From the NCBI RefSeq assembly GCF_000400465.1, contig NW_008806288.1, positions 1 through 62,000 on the forward strand: a stretch of DNA of 62,000 nt, in the 5' to 3' direction. The stretch comes from Wallemia ichthyophaga EXF-994. Taxonomy: Eukaryota; Fungi; Basidiomycota. The stretch's first letter is position 1, and each line of letters opens with the position of its first letter. Positions 1-13,257 of the stretch are shown here, in pieces. The notes under the pieces were generated by a model. The model searched no databases, was not told the origin of the DNA, and saw only the letters and a program-made list of their open reading frames with translations. The position numbers and the translations under genes are program-made.

Positions 1-195
1 GTGGCGAGAAGACTGCTTCATATCTGGAACAAAGCTAGAAAACGTAAAACAATATTTCTCAATGATTAACAACCCATCTCATACCCTCTCTAGTATCTCA
101 TGCTTCGTGAATTCCCCGTCTGTGATCACAAGATGAGGCCATCTTTGAATATTATCGGCGCACAATCCTTGAAGCCGAACCTCATGCTGTAACAA

Positions 196-3100
196 ATGCA
201 GAGAAAGGCATTAAAGAGATTTACAGTACTGGTACTGCCGCCGGTGCTTTCGTCCTTCATATGCTGTCTCTTTATTCTCATCAAGCCAATATCTCATTTC
301 TCTGGCGAACATTTCTCATTTCTGTCAGTCTCCAAGATGCTGAAGATAATCCACTCACACTTCTCAGCCTCTTTACTATCTTCAACCTCTTCTTCTACCC
401 CAATGGCTCGATCGGCTCGCAGATTGAACTCACCGGTGCGTAGCCGCATATTCACCTGATGTCTGGCTTACCAGATCACAGTACTCGGTTTTGTTTTTGG
501 CGTCGTAGGACTTGGTATCTCCAATCTCAGCATCTACTTTACCGTCCTAGTTAATAAGGAGACTATAGATCATACGTTTGCAAGAACTATACCCTGCGTT
601 ACGCTCACCTTGATAGCATTCGTGGCAGCTTATGCACGCTCGAAGCTGCCAAGGTTGATGGTCGCCAGTCGCACTATTCAATTCGTTGCGGCATGGAGTC
701 TGACGTCGAATCTGCGCGCGATAACGGCAAGTGGGGGTGATATTGCGAATTAATCCTCTTACAAGTTCTTCAGATGTCAGTGCGCACCTTTTTGGATCTC
801 TTCTGGCCGCTGCTGTGGGGCAGTTTGATTCCACTGATCGTCTGTATGATCTGCTTCCCGGTCAGCGCCCGTCAGCAGTTCTCCAAGCAAGTCATTCAGG
901 CTTTGAAAGATGCAGAGGAGGCTCAGGTGGCCTCGTACAAAGTTCTGTTCGCAACTAACGAGTTAGACTCATCACTCTCCGACCTCACACGATTGCGCGC
1001 TCAATACTTTAGAAACGCAAGAAGGCTGCCTAGTATGCTCGGTGAATGTCTTTTTGAGTTTAGTTACGACTTTGTTGGCGTCGATCGTATTGCCCCGTTT
1101 GTCGGTATAGTAGATAATCTCAGAGTTTCACTCGCCAACGGATCCAACGATCTGATTGACACATCTATGTACAACATGGATGAATCTCAGAAGGATATAC
1201 TCGGATTGAGTGACGACGCCGATGATGATTTGGTTTGCGTTGAGGATCTTAAGAAGATCATCACAGTTATGCATCAAACCATTCTCAACTCCCTCTCTCT
1301 GGTTAGAAGGACTCTGCGTACGGCTCTTATCGAAAAAAGTGCAAAACACGTCACCCTAGAGGACATAGATGTTCAGAAACAACTCCTTCAACAGGCAGCT
1401 ACGAATTGTCGCGGCGAAATGCATACAATCCTCATCAAGAACCTCGCTAATAATCCTCCACATCATAGTAGTCTGTTTAAGAAGCACCTATGTATGCTTT
1501 CATATTATTCAGTCACACTCTTCAAAATATCCTCAGATCTGGTGTTTGCTTTGACATGCGCATCTGAAGTGCTCGAAAATCGATTAAAGAATCGACGCAA
1601 AGTTCACATCCCACGCAACTTTTGGAGCTGGCTGAAAGCACCCTCCACAACCCTCACAGACTTTGGCTTGAAGCCTGACGGGAATGATGACTTTTTGTCA
1701 GCTGAGCAGAAGGAACAGCACAAACATCAACACACATTTGAGCAAGAAATGCAGCTACAGGCATATGCTACATACGCAATTCGTCGCTCGCACCTCAAGC
1801 AGACTGGTTTTAGTATCAAGTATTGGTTCTTGAACATCTGGGACGCGCCATCAGTTTTGGAATTTAGATTGAGAGTGTCGAGATACTTCCGCACTGTCAA
1901 AAGCTCTCGTCATTTGAGATTTGCATTGAAAAATGCAGCAGGTGTCGCTTTGCTATCAATACCAGGATTTCTGCCTTACGGTTCCAAAGGACAAACATGG
2001 TTCTTCGAAAATAAAGGAGTTTGGATGGTCATTTCGTATTTCTACGTTCTTGAACCATCTACGGGGGCCACATATAGAGTCGGATTATGGAGATTGACTG
2101 GTACTATTTTGGGTGCAGTATACGGATTCATTGTAAACATCATCACAGAAAACAATCCCTACGGTATAACTGTCTTGGTTACGGCAATATCCATACTGAT
2201 AGCGTGGTTGGTTCGTATGAGCAGCATACCAGGTGTTGGTACAGTCTTCGCTGTAACATTTCCTCCAATCATCTTCCCAGTAGTAAGTTGATTGGTTTTT
2301 TACTACCATTACTCACATTTCTTAAGTACCTCGACACAACACCCTTTGCATCATTCACGATTGCCTTGACTCGTGCGTATATGATAGCGATAGGTATTGT
2401 TGCAGCTATCCTCGTAAATTTGGTCTGGTGGCCATTTCATGCAAGAGAGGTGAGTGAATGTTTTTCATTAGCTTCAATCTAACGCAGTCAAAAAGAACTT
2501 CACATTGCAAGTATCTAAAGCCATCTCTGAAATCACGAAGCTGTATCTTGTTCTGTCAAGGCAGACACTTGGTGTTACGACTCTAGCAGAGAGCAGAGCA
2601 CAGTTTGACCTTACAGAAAAAAATGTGCAATCTGCCTTGAATGGCTGCGATACTCTTTTAGAGCCTCTGAGACTTGAGCTATCGGTCATACCTAAGCCAG
2701 TCACACTTTATAGAAAGATGATCACATCTCTTCAGCGCACTCACGATCTTATGATTTCTTTGAGATACATTAGAGAAAGAATACAGAAAGAGACACTTTT
2801 CGAAATCAGGGATCAGAGATTGAACTTTGTGAGTAGGGAAGAGTTTTACTTTATTCTGTTAACCAATTTCCAAGATAAATGCGCTCATTTTAGTCTTTTA
2901 TGCATCGACGCACGCATTCAGATCATCAACACCTCTTCCACAATTCTTACCCAGTTTACATATGGCATTGAGTGAAATGCTCGGTGCTATTGATGGTAAA
3001 CTAGTAGATATACTATCGGACGATGATTTTACGCTGAGAAGGCAACTGGCTGACTACAGGTTGCACTATGCCCTTTCTGAAGCTGAGATATTGCTTGGAT

Positions 3101-3910
3101 TAGTTACTTCAATGGAAGAAATGCTTTCGATAGCAAAGTCTCTCTTTGGGCAGACGAGTATCTTCGATGAGTCACCAGTCGATGAAGGAGAGAATATGGT
3201 AGGTTAAACATTATGAGATTGACTGAAATAACACTACTGCCCAGGAAACACTACCATTACACTCCATTGGGCACACAGGATGGTCATCAGGACCAACATC
3301 GCCAACGATAAACAGTCTTGCGTCACCAAAAAAACGGAAATTCAGCATAAAGCATAAAGAGGAATCGAATGATACTTATGCGAGAGAGAAACCCTCAGAT
3401 GCTTACATATTGAATTACAGTCCATCAAGTGCAGCATCATCACCAAAAAAGGATTCCTCATATATGTCAATATCAGAACTGGAAGGGAAAAACCTACCAC
3501 CTCGCTCAAACAGCAAGAAAGAAAATGCAGATAGTGTACAACTGGCGAAGGATGTACACAAAGTGCCCTCATCAACAATCGGGGATGCCTCATTGATGTC
3601 TTTGTCAGAGCTAGCAAATAAAAACCTACCACCTCGTTCACACAGCAAAAAGGCGAATATAGATGGGGTGCCGCTAGCAAAGGATGTTTTTGCAGGATCA
3701 TCGACGAGTGCATCTCCAGTCAAAGCGCAGCAGCCGCAAATGAACGTACATGATTATGTTTACGACAGCAATCATGACAACCAAGACTCATCGAGAACGT
3801 CAGCGAGAAATACATATAACGAATCACCAACATCATCCTCTACACAGTACAGAACGAGAACGCAAAGAAACGATAGTAGATCATCGAGTAATAGTAATAG
3901 CAAAATATAA
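196..3910 (+). CDS. Multi-exon ArAE_2/FUSC-like (Bre4/YGL140C-type) membrane transporter-like protein with a low-complexity C-terminal tail
   Basis: ORF fragments 196-3207 join through short GT-AG introns. Contains hydrophobic helices and RFALKNAAGVALLSIPGFLP / WMVISYFYVLEPSTGAT segments typical of this family. Intron 3199-3244 (ATG|GTAGGT...CCCAG|GAA, phase 0) joins the 3410-3910 ORF as the last exon. Confidence 0.7.
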
Positions 3911-4014
3911 TCACATAAACTTATACCATAGTTATAATTATTAGTATCCATAAGTTCTTGTAGAAATCAGCAATGCATTATTTAAGACGTAATAACTTCT
4001 GAGATGACATATCA

Positions 4015-4674
4015 CTACTCGAAAGCACCCCATTGATCCGCTTCGTTGGTTTTCTCCCAAATGCCAAAGACAGAAGACACACCAGTCTGCTTGTCAAAAT
4101 GCTCTATCAAGCCCCAACTACCTCGATCTTTGATGAGATTGTCTTGAGATTTACGTAGATTAGATAGACCTTTGCGGGTATACTTCTTACGCTCAGGCTG
4201 TTCTAGACCGTACATGTTAACAGTAATTCCTTCTCGCTGTTTAAGCTGACAGTCTAGCGTGAGGATGAACGATACTGAGACAACGTGGGGACTCACATAC
4301 GCCCGCAAATCCCTGAATGTTCTGTCGATACCGCGTTCTCCAATGCCATCCAACAGACACGCTTTACCCGCCCACACCCATGGATTGAGTGCAGAGCTAA
4401 CATTATTGTCGATAAGCTCGTCTGAATCTGACTGGAAATCATCGATATGTCTCCAGCTGATGGAGCTTTTATTGAGATATGGGAGGGTGTTAAGGTGATT
4501 ATGTAAATCAATTAATGAACTTGGTAATTCTGCTGGTGGGAGTGAAGTGGAAGTGGTAGTGGATGATGACTGAGAAGGCGTCGACGAAGAGGTCGGATCT
4601 ACAAACCACCAATCCTGCTGCTGCTGTTTCCTTCGTAGTGTATGGCTAATTCCCCTGGTAAATATCCTGCTCAT
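4015..4674 (-). CDS. Mitochondrial RsfS/ATP25-N-like protein (tentative)
   Basis: Presequence-like start MSRIFTRGISHTLRRK; one intron near 4250-4300; RsfS-like spacing ending in GSWGLIE. Family assigned from memory of the motif pattern only. Confidence 0.45.
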   Translation of the reverse strand: MSRIFTRGISHTLRRKQQQQDWWFVDPTSSSTPSQSSSTTTSTSLPPAELPSSLIDLHNHLNTLPYLNKSSISWRHIDDFQSDSDELIDNNVSSALNPWVWAGKACLLDGIGERGIDRTFRDLRAYVSPHVVSVSFILTLDCQLKQREGITVNMYGLEQPERKKYTRKGLSNLRKSQDNLIKDRGSWGLIEHFDKQTGVSSVFGIWEKTNEADQWGAFE

Positions 4675-4750
4675 GGGAGTTATCACTAAGAATGCGACTT
4701 GGATCTGTACCACAACCACCAACAAAAGATAATTTCTGAAATAAAATATA

Positions 4751-5567
4751 ATGGGATATGGTTATTATAGATATGCGTTAGGTGTAGTATCTACTATTTG
4801 GTTTCTCGCTTTGCTCTATCTCTTGCTCACTGGTGCGTGTCGATTGCATATGGATTGGGAACGTAGTAATGACACACAAGTCAGGTCAAGGAGAAGCTTT
4901 TGATATTGGATGGTTCTTGACTGAAACTTCTCCTTACATGTGGGCGTTGTTGGGCATAGGACTGTGTATCGGTTTATCCGTAGCAGGAGCTGGATGGTGA
5001 GTGCAGTTGATATAATGGCTTACAGCCCCTCACAAAAGACGCACAGGGGTATCTTTGTGACAGGATCATCGATATTGGGTGGTGGTGTGCGCACACCTCG
5101 TATACGCACAAAGAATCTGATTAGGTGGGTTTGTTTGATTATTACTATTATAATCATCGCGCCAACCACGCTAACCACTTTATAGCATCATTTTCTGTGA
5201 AGTTGTTGCAATTTATGGCGTTATCATGGCAATCGTCTATGCAGCCAAGATAAAGGGATTGCCTTCTGATGGAATTTACACACAATCAAACTATTATACC
5301 GGCTTCTCGTTGTTTTGGGGTGGATTGACAGTTGGCCTTTGCAACCTGCTATGCGGTGTCGCAGTTGGTATCAATGGCAGTAATGCAGCTTTAGCAGACG
5401 CTGCTGATCCAACACTATTCGTCAAGATACTCGTCATTGAAATCTTTAGTAGCATTATGGGATTGTTTGGATTGATTGGTGAGTTGGCTGTAGTTGGATC
5501 AACACAGTATTCTAATACACTCACAGTTGGGCTACTCATGTCTGGTAAAGCGGAGGAATTCAATTAA
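4751..5567 (+). CDS. VMA16: V-ATPase V0 proteolipid subunit c'' (21-23 kDa)
   Basis: Exons give [45 protein letters not shown] and [21 protein letters not shown]; four introns. Confidence 0.92.
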
Positions 5568-5678
5568 ATGAACTAGATGAAAATGATGACCACCTTCCAA
5601 ATCCAGACTAAATTCATTTAATCGTTATTATTGTACTTGTGATATCATCTCTTATCCTCAACTTTCATTCACTGCAAT

Positions 5679-6174
5679 ATGCCTAAAGCTGCATCTGCAA
5701 AGCACAAATCATCTATCAAATCACATTTCAAGGCTGCAAAAGGAGCCACTGCCAAGACATTGAAATCTTCGCCATCCAAGCCATACAAACAAGAGACTGA
5801 TGTTGTAGAGATAAACGACCAAGAAGACTCAGATCTCAACGAAAATAGCAATGAGTGGAATAATCTTCACAGCTGGGCAATGCAGAGGATGGATTTCAAT
5901 GAGCCTCTGCATTCGACCAACAAAACCAAAGTTGACATAATACTGAGAGTGTTTGAGTAGGTTTCCACTTACGTCTTTCGAAAGTGCTAACATGACGTCC
6001 AGCAACTGCTACGAATACGGCCCTTGCGTTGGCCTCACAAGATTGGACAGATTTCACCGTGCACAAAGCTTGGATATGGATCCACCTGAGCAAATCAAGG
6101 ACATCTTGAGCACCACAAAGGCACATAATATACCAAGGATAAGAGAATGTATCTTTCATAACACCGACGTTTGA
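5679..6174 (+). CDS. POLD4: DNA polymerase delta subunit 4 (p12/Cdm1)
   Basis: After one intron reads ILRVFD-NCYEYGPCVGLTRLDRFHRAQSLDMDPPEQIKDIL, the p12 signature. Confidence 0.8.
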
Positions 6175-6188
6175 TAACTTTGGTTTGC

Positions 6189-7247
6189 CTACTTGGTTCT
6201 ACCAAACACCTTATAAAGGAAGGAATAGTAAGCTTCCTTACGCATACCGGATTTCTCATCAACCTTTTCAATCAAGCTGACTATCCTATCGTGCGCTTCT
6301 TTCTCGTAAGATTTGAATTTGCTCTCAATCTCCATTTCAGAATACAAAGCCTTAATTCTGTCGGCTTGCTCTGGGTTTTTGCGTCCGTAGTTCTCGTCTA
6401 GTACTTTTCTTTGCTCTTTGTTTGCTAATTGTAATGCAATGCATACGCACCAGCTGCACTTGTTATCCTCAATATCTGTACCAATTTTACCAATCTGCTC
6501 TGGCTTGCCGAAAGCATCCAAATAATCATCCTGTACTTGGAAGTATTCACCAAGCGGAATGAGAACGTCGAGTGCGTTCTGATGAAGATTTTCATCACTC
6601 AGTCCACTCATGAACATAGCCAATGCAACAGGCAAGTAGAAGGAATAGAAAGCAGTCTTGTAAACAACAATGTAGTGATGTTTATCCAAGCTAAACTTGT
6701 CGAGATCAACCTTTTCTTCGTCCGCTGTGATAAGATCGACTAACTGACCCAACTCAGTCTTGAATGTGACATCGTGGAATAGTTCTAACAGGTTGACGTA
6801 GTAACTTTCCTTCTTAAAGTGAAGCTTGAGGATATGATAGATAGCAGCTTCGAGCATAAATGCATCGTTGATTGCGATGTTTCCAATTTGAGGTTGTCTG
6901 TACCAACATGGCTGACCTCTTCTAGTGATTGAGCCATCCATCATATCATCCGCGACCAAAAAGTATGCTTGTAAGAGCTCAACACACCAGCCGAGTATTG
7001 CAGCTCTTTCGTATTCCTCTTGGGATATCTTACCACCTTTTAGAATGGAGTAGGTATCAACAACACTCATACCTCTGTTCAATTTACCACCAGGAGTGTT
7101 GTATTGTAAGTTATCATCAAACCATTTGACTGCTTCACTAGGCATCTGATTCTCCTTCAAGTAATCCAGACACTCATTCGATATTTTACTAAACACCGCT
7201 TGGAACTTGTGCCTGGCTTGTTGCTTATCCTCTACTGACATATTCAA
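6189..7247 (-). CDS. ERG20: Farnesyl pyrophosphate synthase
   Basis: Intronless 352 aa ORF with GGKLNRG, DDMMD (first aspartate-rich motif) and FQVQDDYLD (second aspartate-rich motif). Confidence 0.97.
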   Translation of the reverse strand: MNMSVEDKQQARHKFQAVFSKISNECLDYLKENQMPSEAVKWFDDNLQYNTPGGKLNRGMSVVDTYSILKGGKISQEEYERAAILGWCVELLQAYFLVADDMMDGSITRRGQPCWYRQPQIGNIAINDAFMLEAAIYHILKLHFKKESYYVNLLELFHDVTFKTELGQLVDLITADEEKVDLDKFSLDKHHYIVVYKTAFYSFYLPVALAMFMSGLSDENLHQNALDVLIPLGEYFQVQDDYLDAFGKPEQIGKIGTDIEDNKCSWCVCIALQLANKEQRKVLDENYGRKNPEQADRIKALYSEMEIESKFKSYEKEAHDRIVSLIEKVDEKSGMRKEAYYSFLYKVFGRTK

Positions 7248-7371
7248 TTAGCGTTGAAAGAAGATCAGTTCACATTGCACAGACACGTAAAAAAATAAGT
7301 GCAAAATTGTAGAAATAAATTGCTGATATTTACATTTTAAACATAGACGAGTTGAAAGGACAGTGATTCAT

Positions 7372-9284
7372 CTAAAATCCTTCATTCTTCCAGTCGGATA
7401 TACGCTTATACAGCTCAGGGATAAGATCATCTACCTTGATCAAATCACCGTTTCCACCGCCTTCTTCTTTGCCCCTTTGCTCCTTGACTCTAACTTGCCC
7501 CTCGTTCCATTCGCGTGGTGCCAATAATAATCCGAATGGGATCTGTTCCTTATCGACAACTTCGAATTGTTTTGGTAATTTTGGTTTAGACTTGTAAAAG
7601 AATTCAGCCTTTAAAAGTGGTGAGAAGGGGTAACTTAGAAGAGAAACCATACACCCACCTTGATGTTGTTATCCCACAACTTTTTAGCAATTTGCATACG
7701 CTCTTTCAACAATCCATCACCAATCGCCATAACGTAAACTTCAGTCTGTTTGGCTCTCGATGCTTGTTGCTCTGATTGGATTCGTTGCATCAAGATAGAG
7801 AAGACTCTTTCAACACCAATGGACACACCAACGCAAGGAATTTGATCTTTGGCACCACCGCCGGCAAACATGCCAACAAGCTCATCGTATCTACCACCAG
7901 CAGCAATTGATCCAACACCAATTTGAGATTCATCGATTTCAGTTTCATGCTTTGATTCAGCATCCTTTGAACCTTTCTTTGTTCCCGTGTGTTTGACATC
8001 CTTTGGTTGTGTCTTTGTACCTGCAGGAGCAGCAGTCGCTGCAGGTGCGAGTGTAGGTGCTCTTGATCCTTCAACAACAGCTTCATAAATGACACCAGTG
8101 TAGTAATCCAAACCTCTAGCCAAACTCAAATCAAAGGAAAGTTGAGGGAGCACGCCGAAAATTTCCAAGTAGTTGAACAAAAGCTCCATCTCTTCAATAC
8201 CCTTCTTCGCACTATCGTTTGATTGCATCTTGGCATCTGCCTTGAGTTTCTCCAGGAGATCTCTACTACCGGACAACTTGACATATTCACCAATCCTATC
8301 GGCAACTTGACCTTCCAAGCCCTTCTCATCAGTCATCTCCTTCTTGACCTCTTCCCATGGGAGCTTATCGAGCTTGTCGACAGCAGATGATATGGTGCGG
8401 ATCTTGTCTTGTGGGACACCAGAGAGCTCAAAGATACCATCGAGGATCTTTCTGTGGTTAACCTTGATGGTGAAAGGACCAACGTTGAGATTAGTAAGAA
8501 TTTCAGAGAGAACTGTCAAAACCTCAGAGTCAGGGATCATTGGATCGAACGAGCCAGCAACATCGAAATCACACTGGTAGAATTCTCTCATTCTACCTTT
8601 TGTCATAGCAGGTTGATCTCTTCTGTAAACTTTTGCAATGTGGTAGCGCTTGATGGAAGGAGTAGAGTTGGCTGCCAAGTACCTAGCGAATGGGACGGTG
8701 AGATCGTATCTCAAGCTGCATAGTTCACCACCTTGATCTTGTAAATCGTAAATGAGCTTAGAGTCTTCACCATATTTACCGGCGAGAATTTCTTTGAGTT
8801 CAAAAACAGGAGTATCGATTGTAACACCGCCGTGTTTTTTGAAAACTTGAGTAATTGTACTGAAGATATGTTCTCTAACAGACATTTCAAGTGGTGACCA
8901 ATCTTTTGTACCTTTTGGAGTTTTAAGGTTATATTTTGGAGTGTTTGACTTTGTTTTGTTCTTGAGTGTACCACCCTCGGATTCTAAGCTTTTTTTCATG
9001 GATTTTTCAGTTTGTCTGATGTTACCTGAGGATTCAGATTTAACGTTTTGGGATTGTTCTTTGAGGTATTGCTCTTTAAGTTTCTCCTCTTCCAAGCTAC
9101 CATCGAGCTTCTTCTTCTGTTCAAGAGTTTTATTGATACTGCTATCAATTTCGAATCTCCTTTGTTCCTCAGAGCGTATATCAGGAGTGGCAGAGTGATC
9201 TAATTTGAGCTTATTGATCTTTGATTGCTGTACAGCGGCTTGAGCTCTTAAAGCGTCTGGAGCGATAGCTTTGTTATCCGACAT
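7372..9284 (-). CDS. HTS1: Histidyl-tRNA synthetase
   Basis: [44 protein letters not shown] and AAGGRYD motifs; intron 7609-7658 before the anticodon-binding domain exon. Confidence 0.97.
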
Positions 9285-9397
9285 TGACCTCTGTAAATAA
9301 AAAATTAAATTTCTAAATATTCTTGTTATCTTGGATGAAGCCAGTGAGGCAGCCAGCAACCACGAGGACCGTTGTGACAAATAAAATTGAAAAATTA

Positions 9398-10626
9398 ATG
9401 GAAATAAATAAAAACAATTATAAGCCTTTAAATCTTAATAAGAAATTTTTATCAAACACGGCAACCAAATCTCCTTCTACTCCAACTCAGCCTAAGTTGC
9501 TTACGGGTAAAGTGAATCAACAATCCACGTGGAAGCAGTTAAATGAGTTGAAGCATTGGGATGAAATTGATGAGGAGGATGATCTGGTGCTAGTTGACCA
9601 GGCTGGTCATCAGCTTGGACACGTCGTTGAGCATGAGCAGAAGCAGCAGCAACACCAGCAATACCAGCCACAGCTACAACCACAGCTACAACGCCACTCA
9701 GATCAATCCGATGAAATGCACTCGGCTGCTATCAGAGCTAAACAGCGCAGACAGCTTGAGGAGAATGAAAGATTAGAAGCTCAACACAGAGCTCAAAAAA
9801 AGGCTTCCGAATTGGCTGATAGACTCGCTATCGAACAACAACTCACTCACCAACAAACAACTCTAGCTAAGCAACTACAATTATCCAGAGAAAGAGAAAG
9901 AGAAAGGTCTAATCACCCTTCTTCCCCTCAACCTCCACCAAAATCTATACTCACACGCAATCCAAATACTCCTGCCTACAATCCATGGACTGCTCGTATC
10001 GAGGCTAGGCAACAACTCCAGAATCAACCCGCTTCCCCTCCGCCATGGCGTAAACCAAAAGTGAAAGTACCTTGTTCTAATCCTAGTAAACCCCAACCAA
10101 TTACCACAAAGATACCCTTTTATCCACCTTCCTCTGCAACCAACTATAAATTTGATAAAATACGCGTGAAGTTACCTAAAACTGCTTATAGCAAGACTAT
10201 CAATACTTCTGATGGTACTAGTTATGTTAATCACAAAAATGTTGGTAGTCTTTCAATTATTTGAGCAACTAACCAATCTATAATCAGCAGATCGACGCAT
10301 TGGATGGTTTGATGGATAAGATTAAGTCCATGATGTCACCACAGCAAGTAGAAGAAGAGAAAGTGGCTCAATATTCACCCAAACAACCACCCGCACCCAC
10401 ACCCGCACCTGATGTACATGCTGTACCTGCACCTGCACCCCCTCAATCGAAAGAAAACACACAAAAAGAGTTCAACCCACCTTCCAAGCCGCGTTCAATG
10501 TATATTAACAACCAATCACGCAGACACTCCAATCAACTCAATTTGCCTTCTCAAAGGGAAGAATTCCTGAAAGCATCAACATCAGCACCACCTGATCCTT
10601 TGCATAAGTCATTATCATCTCAATAG
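9398..10626 (+). CDS. Uncharacterised Q/P-rich low-complexity coiled-coil protein
   Basis: Long ORF 9398-10264 plus a downstream exon ending at 10626 after an intron near 10220-10290. No recognisable catalytic domain. Confidence 0.5.
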
Positions 10627-10747
10627 TTGTTTCGTTACGTCTTCTCAATCATTATATACCCTTAAACACTCAATATAAACACAAATCTCTACTATGTGAA
10701 ACTTTTCATCTTTTTTCTACTTAATCTTGTACAAGAAGTCTAGTAAT

Positions 10748-11363
10748 TCATAATGGCGTTGGTTTAGCACATTTGCGTTGTTCAGATTTATCAGTCTGAG
10801 GATCCTTCATTGTTTCCCAATTTACTGGTATCATTTGATTACCGTCTTCGGATGTAGCAAAGACCACACCGTATTCATTCTTCGCTGTGCTGAGATAGTA
10901 GTTACGTGCGTCACCCAAACTAATTACGACTGCCCTGACTATATCACCTGGACGTACGCAATTGTACATCTTTACTCGATCCTTATCAGTCTGCCTAACA
11001 TCCTGACTTCGAAGAATTCCTTGAAAGTTGCTATCCTGTGAGTTATTGGTGCATGGCACACCGTCTATGACATCCAAAGTCAAAGTGGCTTGCTTGCTAT
11101 TCAATCTGATTACCGTCGCCAATACCTCGCTATCTATTTCAGGCAATGGCTGTGAGTTTTTATGCGTACTTTCAACCCTCACGCTCTTGTTATTGTGTTA
11201 GATATAACCCGTCTTCTTCAAACTACCAACTCACATCATCAGTCTTCTGTAGTCTCCCAACGGTAGACGATATCAACTTATCACTCCTCGTATACACTCC
11301 CTCTGCCTGATTTATACTGTCCACTTTATCAGATACTGGCTGTCCCGGTAACACAATCATCAT
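10748..11363 (-). CDS. CSL4: Exosome complex component Csl4
   Basis: MIVLPGQP start; S1 domain FQGILRSQDVRQTDKDRVKMYNCVRPGDIVRAVVISLGDARNYYLSTAKNEYGVV; one intron. Confidence 0.9.
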
Positions 11364-11434
11364 GTTAGTAAAGCAAGGCGAATCAAAGAAATTAATCAAC
11401 GGTATATACATTCAAATTCAATCGAGCTTATTAA

Positions 11435-13173
11435 TTAATCGTTCTTATCTGTCTTGCCCAGCAGCTCTTCTCTTTCACGCGCTTGTCTTTCAAATTCATC
11501 ACTCTTCTTGTGAGACTGAGACTGCTCATTATCTTCATCTTCGTCATCGATAGCAAACACCGTCTCTTCTGTATGATAGTCATCGTTAGTGTTTACGTTG
11601 GAGTAGCCTTGATTGTTCTGTGCTTGGTGGTTGTACCCTCTCTCTGCAATCTCGTACTCTTCAACATCCTCCTCATTAACTGAGACTTCCTCACTCAGTG
11701 CGAGTCTTGAGTGGTGTGACGACGGTTTCCACAAGAAGCTCAGACTGATCAACACTACGTAGTATAGTAGCGTCGTCCATCCATCAATCAAGAACCATCT
11801 AGACTTCCAGTTATTTGGCTCGTAGTTTTCTTCCAATCTGTTTGAGAAAGTGAATGTAGCAAATCCAAAGAAGAATATAATGATTACTTGTGCTGCTATC
11901 AGTATTCTATACACATTCTTATACATCTTCAATTTGAATTGCTGATTCTTAGATTCAAGCTGTTTGATGGTGAATTGAAGGGCGTAGATTGTCCATAACA
12001 ATCCAATTGATTGAGTCACAGCAAGTGGAATTATGATCAAGATGAGTGAGAATATTGAAGCATCTTCGAAACTTATTATAACAGTACCGATCGCGTTAAC
12101 TATGCCAAATAGAGCATGTGCCGATACTAATCCAATAATCTTTTGCATTAGTGATCTATCAAGTGATGGCTTCACGACCGCCCAACCCAGACTAACACTG
12201 AGAACCAATCCGAGCGAAGCGGCTGATCTCACAGCTGCAAGTGTCGCGCAAAGACATAGTAAGAATGTAGCAGTGCCGTTGTTGCCACTCTTATCGAGAT
12301 GCTTGTAGTATCCCCAATTAACAAGCATTTCAGCCACCAAGAAACCAATCAAACCGCTAATAAGATGCTGTACCATGAGCAATTGTCCACGGTGCTGATA
12401 GCACATGTAGCCCCATGCTAAGCCCGTAGCGATATAAACAAAAACCATCACGAGATAAAAAGTTAATTTTGGTATGTCAGCTGCAGGAAGCTCTGATTTT
12501 CTTTTATCGTTGAACGTCACTATTCCAGAGAAGGACGCATGGCTACTCGACTCATCTATCGCACTTAATCCTGATAGTGTGATGGGTATAGATCCGACAC
12601 AATAAAACCCAGGTCTAGGTACTTCGTAGACGAATGGACCCGTGTTAGCCGGGTAAAGTTCACGCTTCCCAACACCGCCAAGATCCTCGTCTGCGTCGCT
12701 ATCTGAGATGACAGTAGATTCACCAACTTGTATGTCTTTGAAACGAGCGGCTGTTGTCCAGATGGATGAATTCACGCCCTCTTTGAGAACGCTTTCGTCG
12801 ACAATGAATTTACCCAACTCGCTTTCGTCGCAAAGCTGGGATTGTAAGGCTGAGGTGGTACATACGTACGATTTTGCAATTATTGTAGGATCAGCATCAA
12901 GAGGATATTTTCCAAGTGCATTAACATCATTCCACTCCCAAATTCCTGTGAGATTGGTCGAATGAGATAGCCCAAACGCTGATACACAAACTCACCAACT
13001 GCAGCCTGACCTGAAGAAAACGGCTCAAAGGTTACGGATATTTCGGCGTTCTTGCTGTTCCAAATACCGCTACAGGCTTGTCTGAAGTCGTTAGCGTCGG
13101 ATATCGGAACAGAGTATGCAGAAGTGTAGGCGAGTAATAGAGTGAGTGGAGATAGAATACAGAGTATATTCAT
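11435..13173 (-). CDS. PTM1: GOST/lung seven-transmembrane receptor family protein Ptm1
   Basis: Signal peptide, luminal domain with YEVPRPGFYCVG, seven hydrophobic helices and an acidic C-terminal tail; introns near 12830-13000. Confidence 0.85.
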
Positions 13174-13257
13174 TATGTGGAATCCCTTTGAATTGATTAT
13201 TTCACGCCTAAACTGCGCCAAATAACTTGGAAGTTCACAACGAAGCGATGCAATTCC

